This document shows, piece by piece, positions 1-12,294 of a stretch of 64,000 nucleotides of DNA. Every line of letters begins with the position of its first letter. The stretch's first letter is position 1. Below the pieces are notes generated by a model that searched no databases, was not told the origin of the DNA, and saw nothing but the letters and a program-made list of their open reading frames with translations. The position numbers were made by a program, and so were the translations under genes. The stretch is from assembly GCA_964016885.1 (NCBI GenBank), contig OZ024743.1:187178001-187242000 (forward strand), in the 5' to 3' direction. This DNA is from Eledone cirrhosa (Eukaryota).

Positions 1-1340
1 CCCAACAATATCACGGTTTTCCTTGACACATTGCCTAGCAATCCTGAACACCTCACGTTTTTGGTCCTCGCGTTGTAGAACATGCTTGAACTTTCTTTCC
101 TCTGCTTCCCTTCTTGCGAAGTACACTTGTCTCCTAGCTTCCCCCTGGCCACTTGATAGTCTTCTCTACTTCCCCCATCCCGCCATACTTTCCAAGCCTG
201 CTTTTTGGCCTTAATTGACTCCTCCACCTTACTGTTCCACCACCATGTTACTCTCCTCCTGCCTATAGGCCTGCTCCGGCCACAGACTTCGTCTGCTGCC
301 ATCAGCAGGTTTGCTTTCAGGAATTCCCACTGGTCCTCTATATTGTACGACTCTAAATGCTCTTCCTTACTGTCGAAAGCATCAAGTAATATGCTTTGAA
401 ATTTATTTCTGGCTGTGGGGTCCTTTAGCTTCCATATTTTTCTCCTGAGGATAGTCCTCTTCTGCTGTCGAGTACGTCTCGTCCTGACTATGAGGTCGCT
501 AATTATCAGTCTATGTTGGGAGGTGCATTCTTCATGGGGGAGGGATTTAGTGTTTAGAACAGTCACTCTGTCACGTCTTCTGGTAAGGATATAATCTACC
601 TGGCTGGTATGTTCCCCTGATCTGTAGGTGATCAAGTGATTGTCTCGTTTTTTGAAGTTAGTGTTACAGATTCTTAGGTTATTTGCGTCACAGAATTCCA
701 GGATTCTGGAGCCTTCCTCATTTCTAATACCAAACCCATAGCCTCCATGGATTTCATCATAGCCGTCACAATGTTGTCCAACGTGACCATTTAGGTCGCC
801 AGCAATAATTATATAGTCACTGTCGGTTATTTGGGAGATAGTGAGCATCAGTGTCTCATAGAAAGTGTCTTTTATAGCGCCAGGCAGTCCGGATTGGGGC
901 ACGTACGCAGATATTATCGTCACAGTAGTTCTATTTAGTCACAGTAGTTCTTATTTTAATTATTCTGTCGTTTACTCTATTTACGTCTATTATCTTATCC
1001 ACCCATTTTTCTGCTAACATGATTCCTACCCCACCCAGCCCATTGTCATTTCCCACCCAGAAAAGCTTATAGCATCGTTTTTTACCCACAATGAATCTAG
1101 AAGACCCGCCCCTCCACCTGGTCTCTTGGATGCAGCAGACATCAACCTCCTTACGTTCAAGCATTTCTACAACCTCATTTGAGCGGCCTTTTAAGGTCCC
1201 TACATTCATGGTACCAACTCCGAAGTTTTGGATTGCGTTTGGTGGGAGGGGTGCTGGGAGGGGTGATACTGATGGGGTTGGGGTTATGTTGGCCATCCGC
1301 GTCCGCAACAAAAAGGGTGGGGCTTTGCCCTTTCGTCCGG
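1..1340 (-). mobile_element. RTE-clade LINE, 5' part (AP endonuclease domain), family A; runs off the window start; frameshifted
   Basis: ATG at 1296 gives MANIT...[34 protein letters not shown] (APE N-terminus). Downstream GDLNGHVG and QVDYIL motifs lie in a shifted frame. Closely similar to 39437-40630. Frameshifts at ~935 and ~143. Confidence 0.95.
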
Positions 1341-1944
1341 AATTATTTACTACTTTTTGTATATCCTAATAGAAAGTGACAAATAGCTTTGCATTATTTA
1401 TGAAAACTTTTGCATCTTATATTTATAATCTTTCAAAAATACAATCAACATTCGAAACATTTTGTCATTTATAAAATAACTACTAATATAGGTAAATGTT
1501 AAATAGATTTGAGTTGGTTTTGATGTTGCATGTTTTAGTTGCTCAATCAGCTGAATTGTCAATGCATGAAATTAGCATGTAAGTGGCTGAGCATTCCAAA
1601 GAAATATGTACATTTGACTTACTTCTCAGGGCAATACAGCATGGCAGTATGTGCATTAGTAATTGGAGCATTCATGGTTGGATATTGTTATACTCAATAG
1701 AGGGGAAATATTTTGTTGGTTAGTCGATGATGCTAGTGCATTTGATACTCTGGAATCGCCACAAACTCATCTCCTGGGTTGTAATAGGAGCGATAGGGAG
1801 AGTAGATAGAAGTTTGACTGGTTGGTTGAAGATGTTAAATATAGAGATTAAGTGTCTGACTCTACAAAAGGCTTGCAATAACGACACCACCAACATTATT
1901 AATAAAATCATCAACAACAACATCAAAAACAATAACAATTGCCT

Positions 1945-2620
1945 CAGTCTATAAGGCTGCCCAGCTTTAGCCAAGAAAGAATATAACTGCAGACATGACA
2001 GAGGTGGGATTTACATACACTTGAAGTTATGCCAACATTATGAAATGCCAACAGAAATGTGGTTGTATAGGCACACAACAGAAAGGAGTTAGAGAATAAC
2101 AAAGCAATCACACACTTGAATGCATATAAATAGGGAGATCAAGGATAGTTGACCAGATATTGTAGTCAAGGACAACCAAGAAAAGATATGCCTTCTAACT
2201 GATGTATCAGTCTCTACAATCGAAAGTATATCTCTCAAAGAAATGGGGAAATTGTCCAAATGTAAAGATCTACAAATAAAAACACCTAAGATGTGAATGA
2301 TGAAAACAGAAACAATGCCTATAATAATAGTGGTGCTGAGAATGATAGAAAACACGAAACCAGATACATAACTCAAAGCCTAGGAGTTTAAAATATATAC
2401 AAAATACAGAAAATAGCTTTACTATGCACAGCACATATATTAGAAAGAATATTTTCTATACATTAGCAATAACAACACTAAAAACAATGTTGCATATACC
2501 CAAAGCACATTAAGCTGAACAGTTTTGTCGCTCTGCATGCAACACGGAGGCAGGTCCATCTGAAAGCACTTCTGTCCCTGTAGAGTTTATCTCGAACTGG
2601 CAGTGCCCCCGGTAGTACTG
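1945..2620 (+). mobile_element. Decayed 3' end of an R4/Dong-like non-LTR retrotransposon (restriction-like endonuclease)
   Basis: Broken frames read RHD..IHLKLCQHY..PDIVVKD..EKICLLTDVSV..GKLSKCKDL..IQKIALLCTAHILERIFS*, the typical REL C-terminus. Flanked by (AAC/AAT)n upstream and (TAG)n downstream. Confidence 0.75.
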
Positions 2621-3241
2621 CCAAGTGAGGTAGTAGTAGTAGTAGAGGTGGTGGTGGTGATAGTGGTGGTGGTAGTGGTAGTAGTAGTAGTAGAGGGTAG
2701 TGCAAATAAATTATGAATATTTACATAAAGTCAGGAAGCCGGGATAGTAGTCCTTTGAGAAATCAAGAAAATATAATTGAGCATGTATCAAAGAATGTTG
2801 TCTAATGTAACTAATATTAAAAGTTGAAGAGGTTAGAAATTATAGAATAACATGTATTTAAATACATTAGTCACGCAAATCAGTCAGAACTCACCCTTAT
2901 GGTATTGGCAATATAATATTTTGAAGATATAAATAAGATGATACTTTTCTCAGATATATTCTCCTATAATTTTCCAGGTTTCAATCATTAGACTGTGGCT
3001 ATGTTGGAGCGCAACCCTTATTCAGTCAAACAAATCAAAGCCAGATCTTCTTTTATCGACCTCAATTTTGTTGAACTTCTAAGTTACAGGACCTAAACAC
3101 AGACATACACATAAACAACATCATGCACTCACACACATACACATATATACACACATGCACACATACACACCTATGTATATGCATATATATATATATATGT
3201 GTGTGTGTGTGTATAAATATAGATATATATATATATGTATG

Positions 3242-3349
<108 letters not shown>

Positions 3350-3483
3350 TGTATATATATATATATATTAATAAGAGGAATTCCAACTTTGTCTGATTTA
3401 CTCGTTTTATTTACAATCCTTTAAAATTTATAATGGTATTATAATGAAATAGTATGATAGAATATTAAATGTTAAGTGTTAAT

Positions 3484-3522
3484 TGAACAAGTACTTTCAT
3501 GCTTTCGGAATCTTCAGGTTCA
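3484..3522 (-). ncRNA. Hammerhead copy in the inverted arm (stem II mismatch)
   Basis: Reverse complement is TGAAC CTGAAGA TTCC GAAA GCAT GAAA GTAC TT GTTCA. Confidence 0.6.
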
Positions 3523-4057
3523 TAATGTGTGGTGACAGTCAAGTTTGCAATTTTCAACTGTAATGAGATGGGTAAATTTTGTACCTTATATACAGTGAAA
3601 AGTGGCTCCAGAATGTTAAATCTTGCAAACTGTATTTCGACCAATCGGTGTGTAGTTTCACTGAATTACTAAAGCTGATTGGTTTAGGTGTCACGGTTGG
3701 TTGAGCATGTCTAACGACCACTACGACCACTAGCAACAACAACAACAATAATAATAATAATAATAAAAGTGATGTTGATGGTGATGATTACTAGAAAACG
3801 CTATTTTCATCATTTCTAAAAATAGCCAAACAATTGATGCTTTGGATAGGATCAATTAGTGGTCGTTAGACATGCTCAACCAACCGTGACGCCTAAACCA
3901 ATCAGCTTTAGTAATTCAGTGAAACTACCCACCAATTGGTCGAAATACAGTTTGCAAGATTTAGCATTCTGGAACCACTTTTCACTGTATATAAGGTACA
4001 AAATTTACCCATCTCATTACAGTTGAAAATTGCAAACTTGACTGTCACCACACATTA

Positions 4058-4096
4058 TGAACCTGAAGATTGCGAAAGCATGAAAGTACTTGTTCA
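4058..4096 (+). ncRNA. Minimal type-I hammerhead ribozyme
   Basis: TGAAC-CTGAAGA-T-TGC(GAAA)GCA-T-GAAA-GTAC-TT-GTTCA. Stem I 5 bp; stem II 3 bp with GNRA loop; palindromic stem III (AAGTACTT); CUU triplet. Confidence 0.75.
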
Positions 4097-4251
4097 ATTA
4101 ACACTTAACATTTAATATTCTACCATACTATTTCATTATAATACCATTAAAAACTTTAAAGGATTGTAAATAAAACGAGTAAATCAGACAAAGTTGGAAT
4201 TCCTCTTATTAATATAATCTTCTATACACAATCATACACACCCGTGTATAT

Positions 4252-4291
<40 letters not shown>

Positions 4292-4524
4292 ATATATATA
4301 TATATATATAGTGTCTGCAGTTCTGTTTACATGCCAACACAAGAGCAAGAATGAGGGGCTTATTCTGGTGACATGGCTTTAATAAGGGGCTCATTCTGGT
4401 GACATGGCATAATTGCAAACGAATTGAATATTATTATTAATATTCGAAAAACTCAGATTACAATTATTGTATTCAGCCATGTAGTGAGATAATTTTTTAT
4501 TTATTTATTATATATATATATATG

Positions 4525-4585
<61 letters not shown>

Positions 4586-4601
4586 GTGTGTATATAAAGA
4601 T

Positions 4602-4653
4602 CCGTCCCACCCTTGCAAGCAGGGAAAAGTGGACGTAAAATGATGATGATGAT
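4602..4653 (+). repeat. Solo 3' tail of RTE family B (hairpin + (TGA)n) inside (TA)n
   Basis: CCGTCCCACCCTTGCAAGCAGGGAAAAGTGGACGTAAAA(TGA)n matches 9528-9583. Another solo tail lies at ~36201-36246. Confidence 0.85.
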
Positions 4654-4706
<53 letters not shown>

Positions 4707-4882
4707 ATCTATCTATTATACCCATAAAAAGGCGTTTTATTTACTAATTAAGGAAAACTCTCCACTCTGTATTTTGCATTCGTATTTACAGCATGCAATT
4801 CTAATAAGATCATTGAGTAAGTTTATAATGGCCAGAGCTTTGTAGATTACACATGATTAGTTTTGTTAAACTATATATATAT

Positions 4883-5280
4883 CATCATCATCATCATCAT
4901 CATCACCGTTTTACGTCCGTTCTTCCACACTAGCATGGGTTAGATGGGTTGTCCTGTCGTGGGCAGTGTCGTCGGCTGACCTTGTCTTGCTCATACGGGA
5001 ACTGATTCTGGCTTGTTTTCTACAACTGGATGCCCTTCCTAACACCAACCTCATTTACAGTGCTGGCTGCTTTTTTTGCTGTGGCACCTCCACGATCACT
5101 TTGCAGTGGAATGATAGGGACCCCAGTCCTATCATCTCATTTCCACAGCTGAGTAAACTTGAGCAATGTGAAATAAAGTGTCTTACTCAAGTAAACAACT
5201 CATCACCCGGTCTGAGAATTGAACTCACAACCTTTCGATTGCAAGCCCAATGTTCTAACCACTAAGCCATGCGCCTTCAT
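4883..5280 (-). mobile_element. Full-length tRNA-derived SINE with RTE family-A-type 3' tail
   Basis: Minus-strand head GGCGCATGGCTTAGTGG (A box)...GAGTTCAATTC (B box). Contains the GGAAGGGCATCCAG motif. Ends CCCATGCTAGTGTGG..GGACGTAAAAC(GAT)n, like 42750-42815. A truncated copy lies at 5551-5921. Confidence 0.85.
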
Positions 5281-5290
5281 ATGTATATAT

Positions 5291-5545
5291 ATAGTTATGT
5301 AATAAACAACATAAGATAATTATTTCATTTACCAAAGGTTTCACGAAGCCAGACGAGCTTGGCACATATGTCATTCTGACGATTGAAGGCAGATGTATGC
5401 GTCAAGCTCGTCTGTCTTCATGAAACCTTTGGTAAATGAAATAATTACCTTATGTTGTTTATTACATAACTAAAAAGCTCTGTAGCCTACATAGAGCACT
5501 CTCTTTTCCTTTACCTTTTCTACGGAAATTCTTCAAATATGAATA
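5291..5545. mobile_element. Short palindromic PLE-end-type insert (arms 5291-5368 and 5396-5472, plus extension)
   Basis: ~77-bp inverted arms between TA runs; contains the HHR listed next. Confidence 0.75.
5371..5439 (+). ncRNA. Type-I hammerhead ribozyme with long stem II
   Basis: TCATT-CTGACGA-T-TGAAGGCAGATG..CGTCTGTCTTCA-T-GAAA-CC(TTT)GG-TA-AATGA. Stem I 5 bp; stem II 12 bp (2 G.U); stem III 3 bp; GUA triplet. Confidence 0.85.
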
Positions 5546-6054
5546 TATATATCATCATCATCATCATCACAGTTTTACGTCCGTTCTTCCATGCTAGCAT
5601 GGGTTAGACGGGTTGTCTTGTTGTGGGAAGTGTCCGGTCGGCTGATGTCTTGCTTATATGAGAACTGGTTCTGGCTTGATTTCTACAACTGGATGCCCTT
5701 CCTAACACCAACCTCATTTACAGTGAGTGCTGGGTGCTTTTTTTTCTGTGGCGCCTACACATCCACTTTACAGTGTGGGCTGGGTGCTTTTTTGCCGTAG
5801 CACCTCCATGACGACTTTGCAGTGGAATGATAGGGATCTTAGTCCTATCATCTCATATCTACAGCTGAGTAAACTGGAGCAATGTGAAAATAAAGTGTCT
5901 TGATCAAGGAAACAACACATCATATATATATATATATATAAAGAATTAATATCTAGTAACATATATATACATACAGATGCATATCAATGCTAGCAAATAT
6001 ATAGGTTTTGTCTTAGTAACTTTGTGGTTCAATGCATGGGGTTGCAGAACAATA

Positions 6055-6248
6055 ATATGAGAGACGTAAAATAAGAAAATTATAAAATTAACTTACTTAC
6101 TAAAATATCACTTCCAACTAATTAGTTTCTGGAATGGAATAAATATATTTTCCGAAGAAATCCATTCCAGAAACTAATTAGTTGGAAGTGATATTTCAGT
6201 AAGTAAGTTAATTTTATAATTTTCTTATTTTACGTCTCTCATATATAT
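6055..6248. repeat. ~88-bp-arm hairpin carrying the 3' half of a hammerhead
   Basis: Arms 6055-6142 and 6161-6248. GAAA-CTAATTAG-TT (6170-6183) gives a palindromic stem III plus GUU, but no CUGANGA is present. Confidence 0.65.
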
Positions 6249-6309
6249 ATATATGAGTATTGGTGTGTCAGTCGTGTCAATAAGTTTTTTTTTTTTTTTT
6301 TTTTTTTTT

Positions 6310-9300
6310 AATGACCATGCTGTAAAATGGAGGGGTAGAGAGGGCCCTTGAGTCTAGTAAGACATCCTCTCTAGTGCTGGTGGCACAAATAAAAGCACCC
6401 AGTCTATGCTGTAAAGTGGCGCTGGTGTTAGGAAGGGCATCCAACCAGTGTATCAATGCCAAAAAGCTTATCAGCACAGCAACAAAACAGCATAGAAAAA
6501 TATGAAGACGTCGCATCTCAGAGTTGCAACACTTAATGTTGGCACTCTCAGAGGTAGATCTGCTGAAATAGCGGAGATGCTGGAGAGAAGGCAGGTGGAT
6601 GTGTGCTGCGTGCAAGAGATGGAGAGGTGCCTCTGCGAGACTAGTCGTAGGCAAGCGTCTTAGCTATAAGCTATTCTGGGTAGGTAAGGATGATGGGTTA
6701 GGGGGAGTAGGCATTTTCCTGGCTGAGAAATGGATCAATAAGACAATAGAGGTAGTTCGAGTTAGTAATCGAATAATTAAGCTTAGATTAGTTGTAGGTA
6801 GGAGACTACTGACAATCATCTCGGTCTATGCTCCCCAAGCAGGCCTAGGCAAAGATGAGAAAGACTGCTTTTATGAGCAACTTTTGCAAACAACCACAAT
6901 GACAGAGGACGGAGACATCGTTATGCTAGCAGGAGACTTCAATGGTCATGTTGGACAGCTCCAGGATGGTTACACTGGGGTACATGGTGGGCACGGTTAC
7001 GGTTCAAGAAATGAAGAAGGAGTGAGACTTCTTGAATTTTGTGATGCAAGAACATTGACTATTTGCAACACAAACTTCCAGAAACCTGCCAATCACCTAA
7101 TAACCTACAAATCTGGTGAGCACATAAGCCAGATTGACTTCCTGCTAGTTAGGCAGCGGGACAGGCAGATAGTGTCTAATACCAAGGCATACCCTGGGGA
7201 AGAATGTACCTCACAGCATAGGTTAGTTGTTAGTGATATCTCAGTAAGCAAGAGATGGAATGAGACATATAGGAAGGTGTGGAGAAGAAAGGTCTGGAAG
7301 CTAAAAGACCTTTCACTAAAATTCAAATTTAGGAAAGCCCTTCAAGATGTATATGACGAAAAAGAAGACGATTTAGAGACGTATGACATAGATAATAACT
7401 GGAAGTTTTTACGTGACAACTTGCTGAAGGCTACTGATGAAACCTGTGGCTGGAGCAGAGCTCCAACCAGACAGAGAGTGACCTGGTGGTGGAACAGCAC
7501 AGTAGATAAGGCTATTAGAGACAAAAGACTAGCATGGAAGGCTTGGAAAAAGGGTGGGAGTAGGGAAGAATATACAGCCACTAAGAGAGAAGCTAGACGT
7601 TAGGTGTACTTAGCACGCAGGGAGGCAGAGAGTAGGAGGTTTGCCAATGTTCTGCGACGGGAAGATCAGAGGCGTGCGGTGTTCCACATTGCAAGGCAGT
7701 GTGTCAATGCAAATCAGGATGTTGTTGGTGATAAATGTGTCCGGGATGATGCCGGTGTACTTAGTGTCACGAATGACCAGAAAAAGGAGGCCTGGAAATG
7801 TCATTATGAGAGACTGATGAATGTGGAGAACGAATGGGAGAGAGAGAAATTACCCTTGGTAGATCCGACAGAGGGACCAGCTATTGAGATTGACGAATAT
7901 AGGGTCCAAGAAGCGATTAGGGAAATGAAAAATGGTAAGGCGGCCGGACCATCGGGAATAGTTGCTGAGATGCTGAAGGCATCAGGGGACGTAGGCACTA
8001 AACTGGTTGCACGCATCATCAATCAGGCTATATATGGTTGTGTCATACCCAAAGACTGGTGCAGCAGTATTCTCATAAATTGCTACAAAGGTAAAGGAGA
8101 TGCTTTGGAGAGGAGCAATTATAGGGGTATAAAACTGATAGATCAGGTTATGAAAGTGGCAGAAAGGATTTTAGCACAACTAATTAGGGAAAGGGTCAAA
8201 CTAGATGAGATGCAGTTTGGTTTTGTGCCTCGGAAGAGTACAACAGATGCCCTCTTCTTGGTGAGACAAATGCAAGAGAGGTTCTTAGAGAAGAATAAGC
8301 CACTATACTTAGCCTTTGTTGACCTAGAGAAGGCCTTTGATAGGGTACCCCGATCTGTCATCTGGTGGTCCCTAAGGAAGCTGGGTGTTGAGGAATGGCT
8401 TGTGAGGACAGTGCAAACTTTGTACAGAGGTACTCTCAGTAAAGTCAGGGTAGGAATGGAGTTTAGTGAGGAATTCCAGATACAAGTAGGAGTACATCAG
8501 GGTTCGGTCCTCAGCCCGCTCTTGTTCATTATAGTCCTCCAAGCCATAACAGAGGAGTTTAAGACTGGCTGTCCATGGGAACTTCTCTATGCTGACGATC
8601 TGGCTCTTATGGCAGAATCAGTAGAGGAGCTAGAGAATAAATTCCGGCTATGGAAACAGCAGTTGGAAGCAAGAGGACTGAGAGTAAATCTAGCTAAGAC
8701 AAAAGTGTTGATGAGTAGAAAAGAGGACAAAACCCTGATTCCGTCAGGGAAATGGCCATGTTCGATATGCAGAAAAGGAACTGGCATAAATTCTATAAAA
8801 TGCACACAATGTAGGTCCTGGGTACACAAGAGATGTAGCGGGATAGCAGGCAAACTAACAGGTAGGGAGAAATATGTATGCAGTAGATGTACAGGGAAAT
8901 TAGACAGTAGAAGTCGCACTGATAGACACATTTTTCAAATGCGAGAGGGCGCTATAGAAGTGGTGGATAGCTTCCGGTACCTAGGAGATCAGATTAGCAT
9001 GGGAGGAGGGTGTTCCGAGGCCATAGTATCTAGAATAAGGACGGGTTGGAAGAAGTTTAGGGAGCTGCTTCCTCTGTTGACGAAGAAGGGTTTCTCCCTG
9101 CGTACGAAAGGCCGGTTGTATGATGCCTGTGTGAGGAGCGCGATGCTGCATGGTAGTGAAACATGGGCAGCAACCGCAGAAGATATGCGACGGCTGGAGA
9201 GAAATGAGGCAAGCATGCTCCGTTGGATGTGCAGTGTAAATATGCGTGAACGACCCAGCATAAATGTGTTGAGAGAGAAACTGTGTCTGAGAGGGATAGA

Positions 9301-9581
9301 ATGTAGTGTACGGGAGAGGAGACTGAGGTGGTATGGACATGTGATGCGTATGGAGGATGACCGATGGGTGAAGAAGTGCCAGGAAATGCCAGTTGAAGGA
9401 AGACGTGGTAGAGGTAGACCACGAAAAACATGGGCGGAGGTGGTGAGAACAGACCTCAGATCATTGAAGCTCACGGTGGAGATGACGAGGGACCATGACG
9501 AGTGGAGAGATGCTGTGCTGAATAAGACCCGTCCCACCCTTGCAAGCAGGGAAAAGCGAACGTAAAATGATGATGATGATG

Positions 9582-9583
<2 letters not shown>
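6310..9583 (+). mobile_element. Near full-length RTE-clade LINE, family B
   Basis: 5'UTR with the GGAAGGGCATCC motif; ORF 6502-9565; hairpin tail and (TGA)n running into (TA)n. Confidence 0.95.
6502..9565 (+). pseudogene. APE + reverse transcriptase + PHD-type finger polyprotein; one frameshift (~6618) and one stop (7601-7603)
   Basis: MKTSHLRVATLNVGTL..CCVQE; GDFNGHVG; QIDF; FVDLEKAFD; GVHQGSVLSP; LYADD; CSIC..CTQC..HKRC..CSRC; RLRWYGHV. Confidence 0.95.
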
Positions 9584-9622
<39 letters not shown>

Positions 9623-10039
9623 CATATATATACATATATGTATTGATATATATATATATGTGTGTGTGTGTATGTATATGTGTGTAACTATATATATAGT
9701 GTATGTGATTTAGTGAATTACAGGGGGTGGTGCCAATATAAGTACTTGATGCTCAGGCAGACTGTATTAAGAAAAATCTGTATCTACCTGTTATGCGAGT
9801 TTTGCAAATGATTGGCTCAAGATCACCCATAGAAGTTAAGGAACCAACTCTAGTATCAATCTGCTCTTCGGATTGGTGTTCAACAAAACACTGTATTCTT
9901 TATTGAATCACCAGCCTGAAGGGCAAATCTAAACTGGAGCTGGGCCCAAAACGTCTAAGGGTGACCTTGAGCCAACCTCCTGCAAAATGCATGTTACATG
10001 TCAATACACAATAAAAACTTAAATACATGTAAACGAAAC

Positions 10040-11330
10040 ATCATTCTCACCTGCATCCCTGAAACTGACGGTATCACAGCCCTCATGCTACCACCACACT
10101 ACCACCATCCTCCCAACACCTCCTTCATTTCGCCCTCACCTACCACCTCATGACCCTTCCACTCCGGTGACATAACCTCATTTGTTTCTGCACCCTCTCT
10201 TCTGACTCTGTCACTTCTCGCTTCTTTCCAAACCCACTCATCACCACCTTTGAGCGTGCCCATAATCACTGTGATCTCCGAGTATGTAGTTCCTTTCCTT
10301 CCTCTCCTAGGATTCCACCGGCTCTCATTCCTGCTGTAACAACTGTCTCTTCATTTCTAACCTCACCACCCTCACATGTAGTCATGGTTCATTCCGTATC
10401 CACAGCTCCTTCACCGGCACATCTACTCACATATTCTATGCTCTCCAGTTTTCCCTTAGTGGATCCTTATACATCTGTAAAACAGGTCGCCATTTGGCGA
10501 AGTGTTTTGCTGAAAACTTGAGGGACATACGACTCAGCATGGATACCCCCATCGCTCATCATTTCCATTCCCCAGGCCACTCATCTTCCCTACATGTCTC
10601 AGTGATTAGTGTCTTTTTACATCATGGATCACTGGCCCATGCACCAGGACTGAACAGAATAGGATTTTAAGCCTTGGGTCCAGTTTCTCCAATGGACTCA
10701 ACCCTCTTCTCCAATTTCTTTAATCTGACACACATAATCTCGTGCTAATTTTCTACTCCTAGCCACTGTCACTTTTAACTTGTCTGTTGTCGCACATGCA
10801 TGTGTACATTCATCCACCCCCTACTAGGTTCCTACGACTTTGTTATGGTCAGAAACACACACCTTCACAGCTCTGTACGGACCAACAACTAACACACACT
10901 CACACATACATACTCATCATTATATACACACACATTTGCTCACACCTTCGTACTTACAAACTTATACTAACATACACACACAAATCCTCTTAGCTCTGTA
11001 TGTATGAATACAAACACACACACACATTGTTAACAGACAGGTACACATACAGCTCTATATACAAAACAGTTTTCTTTTCCCTTTCAGATACATGCGCTCA
11101 ATCACCACATTTTAAGACAAGCTTATCTTACACAAAATACCAACATCAATAATTTTCCTGGAGATGGTGACTTGAATGGACTTGTTATTTTTCTCTAAGC
11201 TTTTTTTTTCATTTTTTTCATTCTTTCTATTTCTTCTTTAATTTCTCATTCTATTTTCTGATGAAGGAATATCATCCGAAACGTTACGATCTTTTCCTAC
11301 TATATCAAGCATAAAACTAATAATAATTTC
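10040..11330 (+). mobile_element. Decayed Penelope-like element 3' end (GIY-YIG relic + HHR)
   Basis: ~10390-10620 reads FRIHSSFTGTSTHIFYALQFSLSGSLYICKTGRHLAKCFAENLRDIR..PIAHHFHSPGHS, a degenerate PLE endonuclease. Confidence 0.75.
11252..11292 (+). ncRNA. Minimal PLE-type hammerhead (stem I decayed)
   Basis: CTGATGA-A-GGA(ATATCA)TCC-GAAA-CGTT, with the palindrome AACGTT. Confidence 0.65.
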
Positions 11331-12294
11331 TTCATTGTACTGTGTTGTTTGATTATATATTTCTGTTTGCTTTTTGCATATATATATATATATATATATA
11401 TATTTTAACATAACAATCTTCTGCAGCTTTCGTTTCACCAAATCTTATTCAGAGGGTATTGGTCAATTCATGGCTTTCCAAATATGCTAGGCAGTAGGGG
11501 TAAATGCGGACCCTCATATCTGCAAAGTTAACTCCTTCACCACACAGCCATGTATCTGCCTAAGGAGAAATTCCTTTAGAATAATCTCTATTTGTTTGTG
11601 CTGTCCAATCAGTATATATCTGTGCTTTGACAAGAATACCTCCCAACACCTTTCTTTTGAAGATGAGTTTCCATTTTGAACAAATTTTAGAAAAGCAATG
11701 GAACTTATGTCCTGTGAATATAAATTATATGTAAGTTTTAAATGTTACCTTATGATCAATTTTAAATGAGCCTTTAGCAAAGAACATTGGATAAAATGCT
11801 TTGCAGTAATTTCCCCAGCTCTCTGCACTCTTGAGTTCAAATCTTGTTAAGATCAATTTTACATTCCATCCTTTCTAGGTTTATAAAATTCATACAGCTC
11901 TGGGACTGGTCCTCCCCCCTCCCCCTCTCTATCTATCTCTCTTTCTCAAAGAAATTGGTTGTATTCAGGCTTGGAGATAAATGGGCACCAAGTTTAAAAT
12001 GTTCTTGTCTGTCACGATGCAACTCCATAAAGAGTTACAGGTTCATACATGATTAATTTTGCTTCAAAAAGCCTTGCAAAGCTAAACATTGACAAACTTG
12101 TAATTGTATTTAACATATATGATTGATTGCAGTTTCCTGATGTCACTTCATAATTTATCAATGCTACATCACCTGTTGCAGAAACGTTTATCTATCTATC
12201 TATCTATCAATCTGTCTCTCTGTCTATGGATGCATACATTTATGTATGTATGTATGTATGCATGTGTGTATGTATGAATGGGTTATATGTATGT

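Larger units (their letters stand above)
3366..4255. mobile_element. Palindromic PLE-end-type insert in (TA)n; arms ~3366-3720 and ~3857-4215, one-sided extension to ~4255
   Basis: ~350-bp inverted arms. Each arm carries an HHR fold. A second family member lies at 43610-44100. Confidence 0.8.

Noticed and set aside
5205-5280. tRNA gene
   Set aside because: It is the tRNA-derived head of a SINE and continues into the SINE body; no complete cloverleaf.
8587-9537. Long antisense ORFs over the RTE RT (also 41443-42384)
   Set aside because: Shadow frames of the LINE ORF with no independent motifs.
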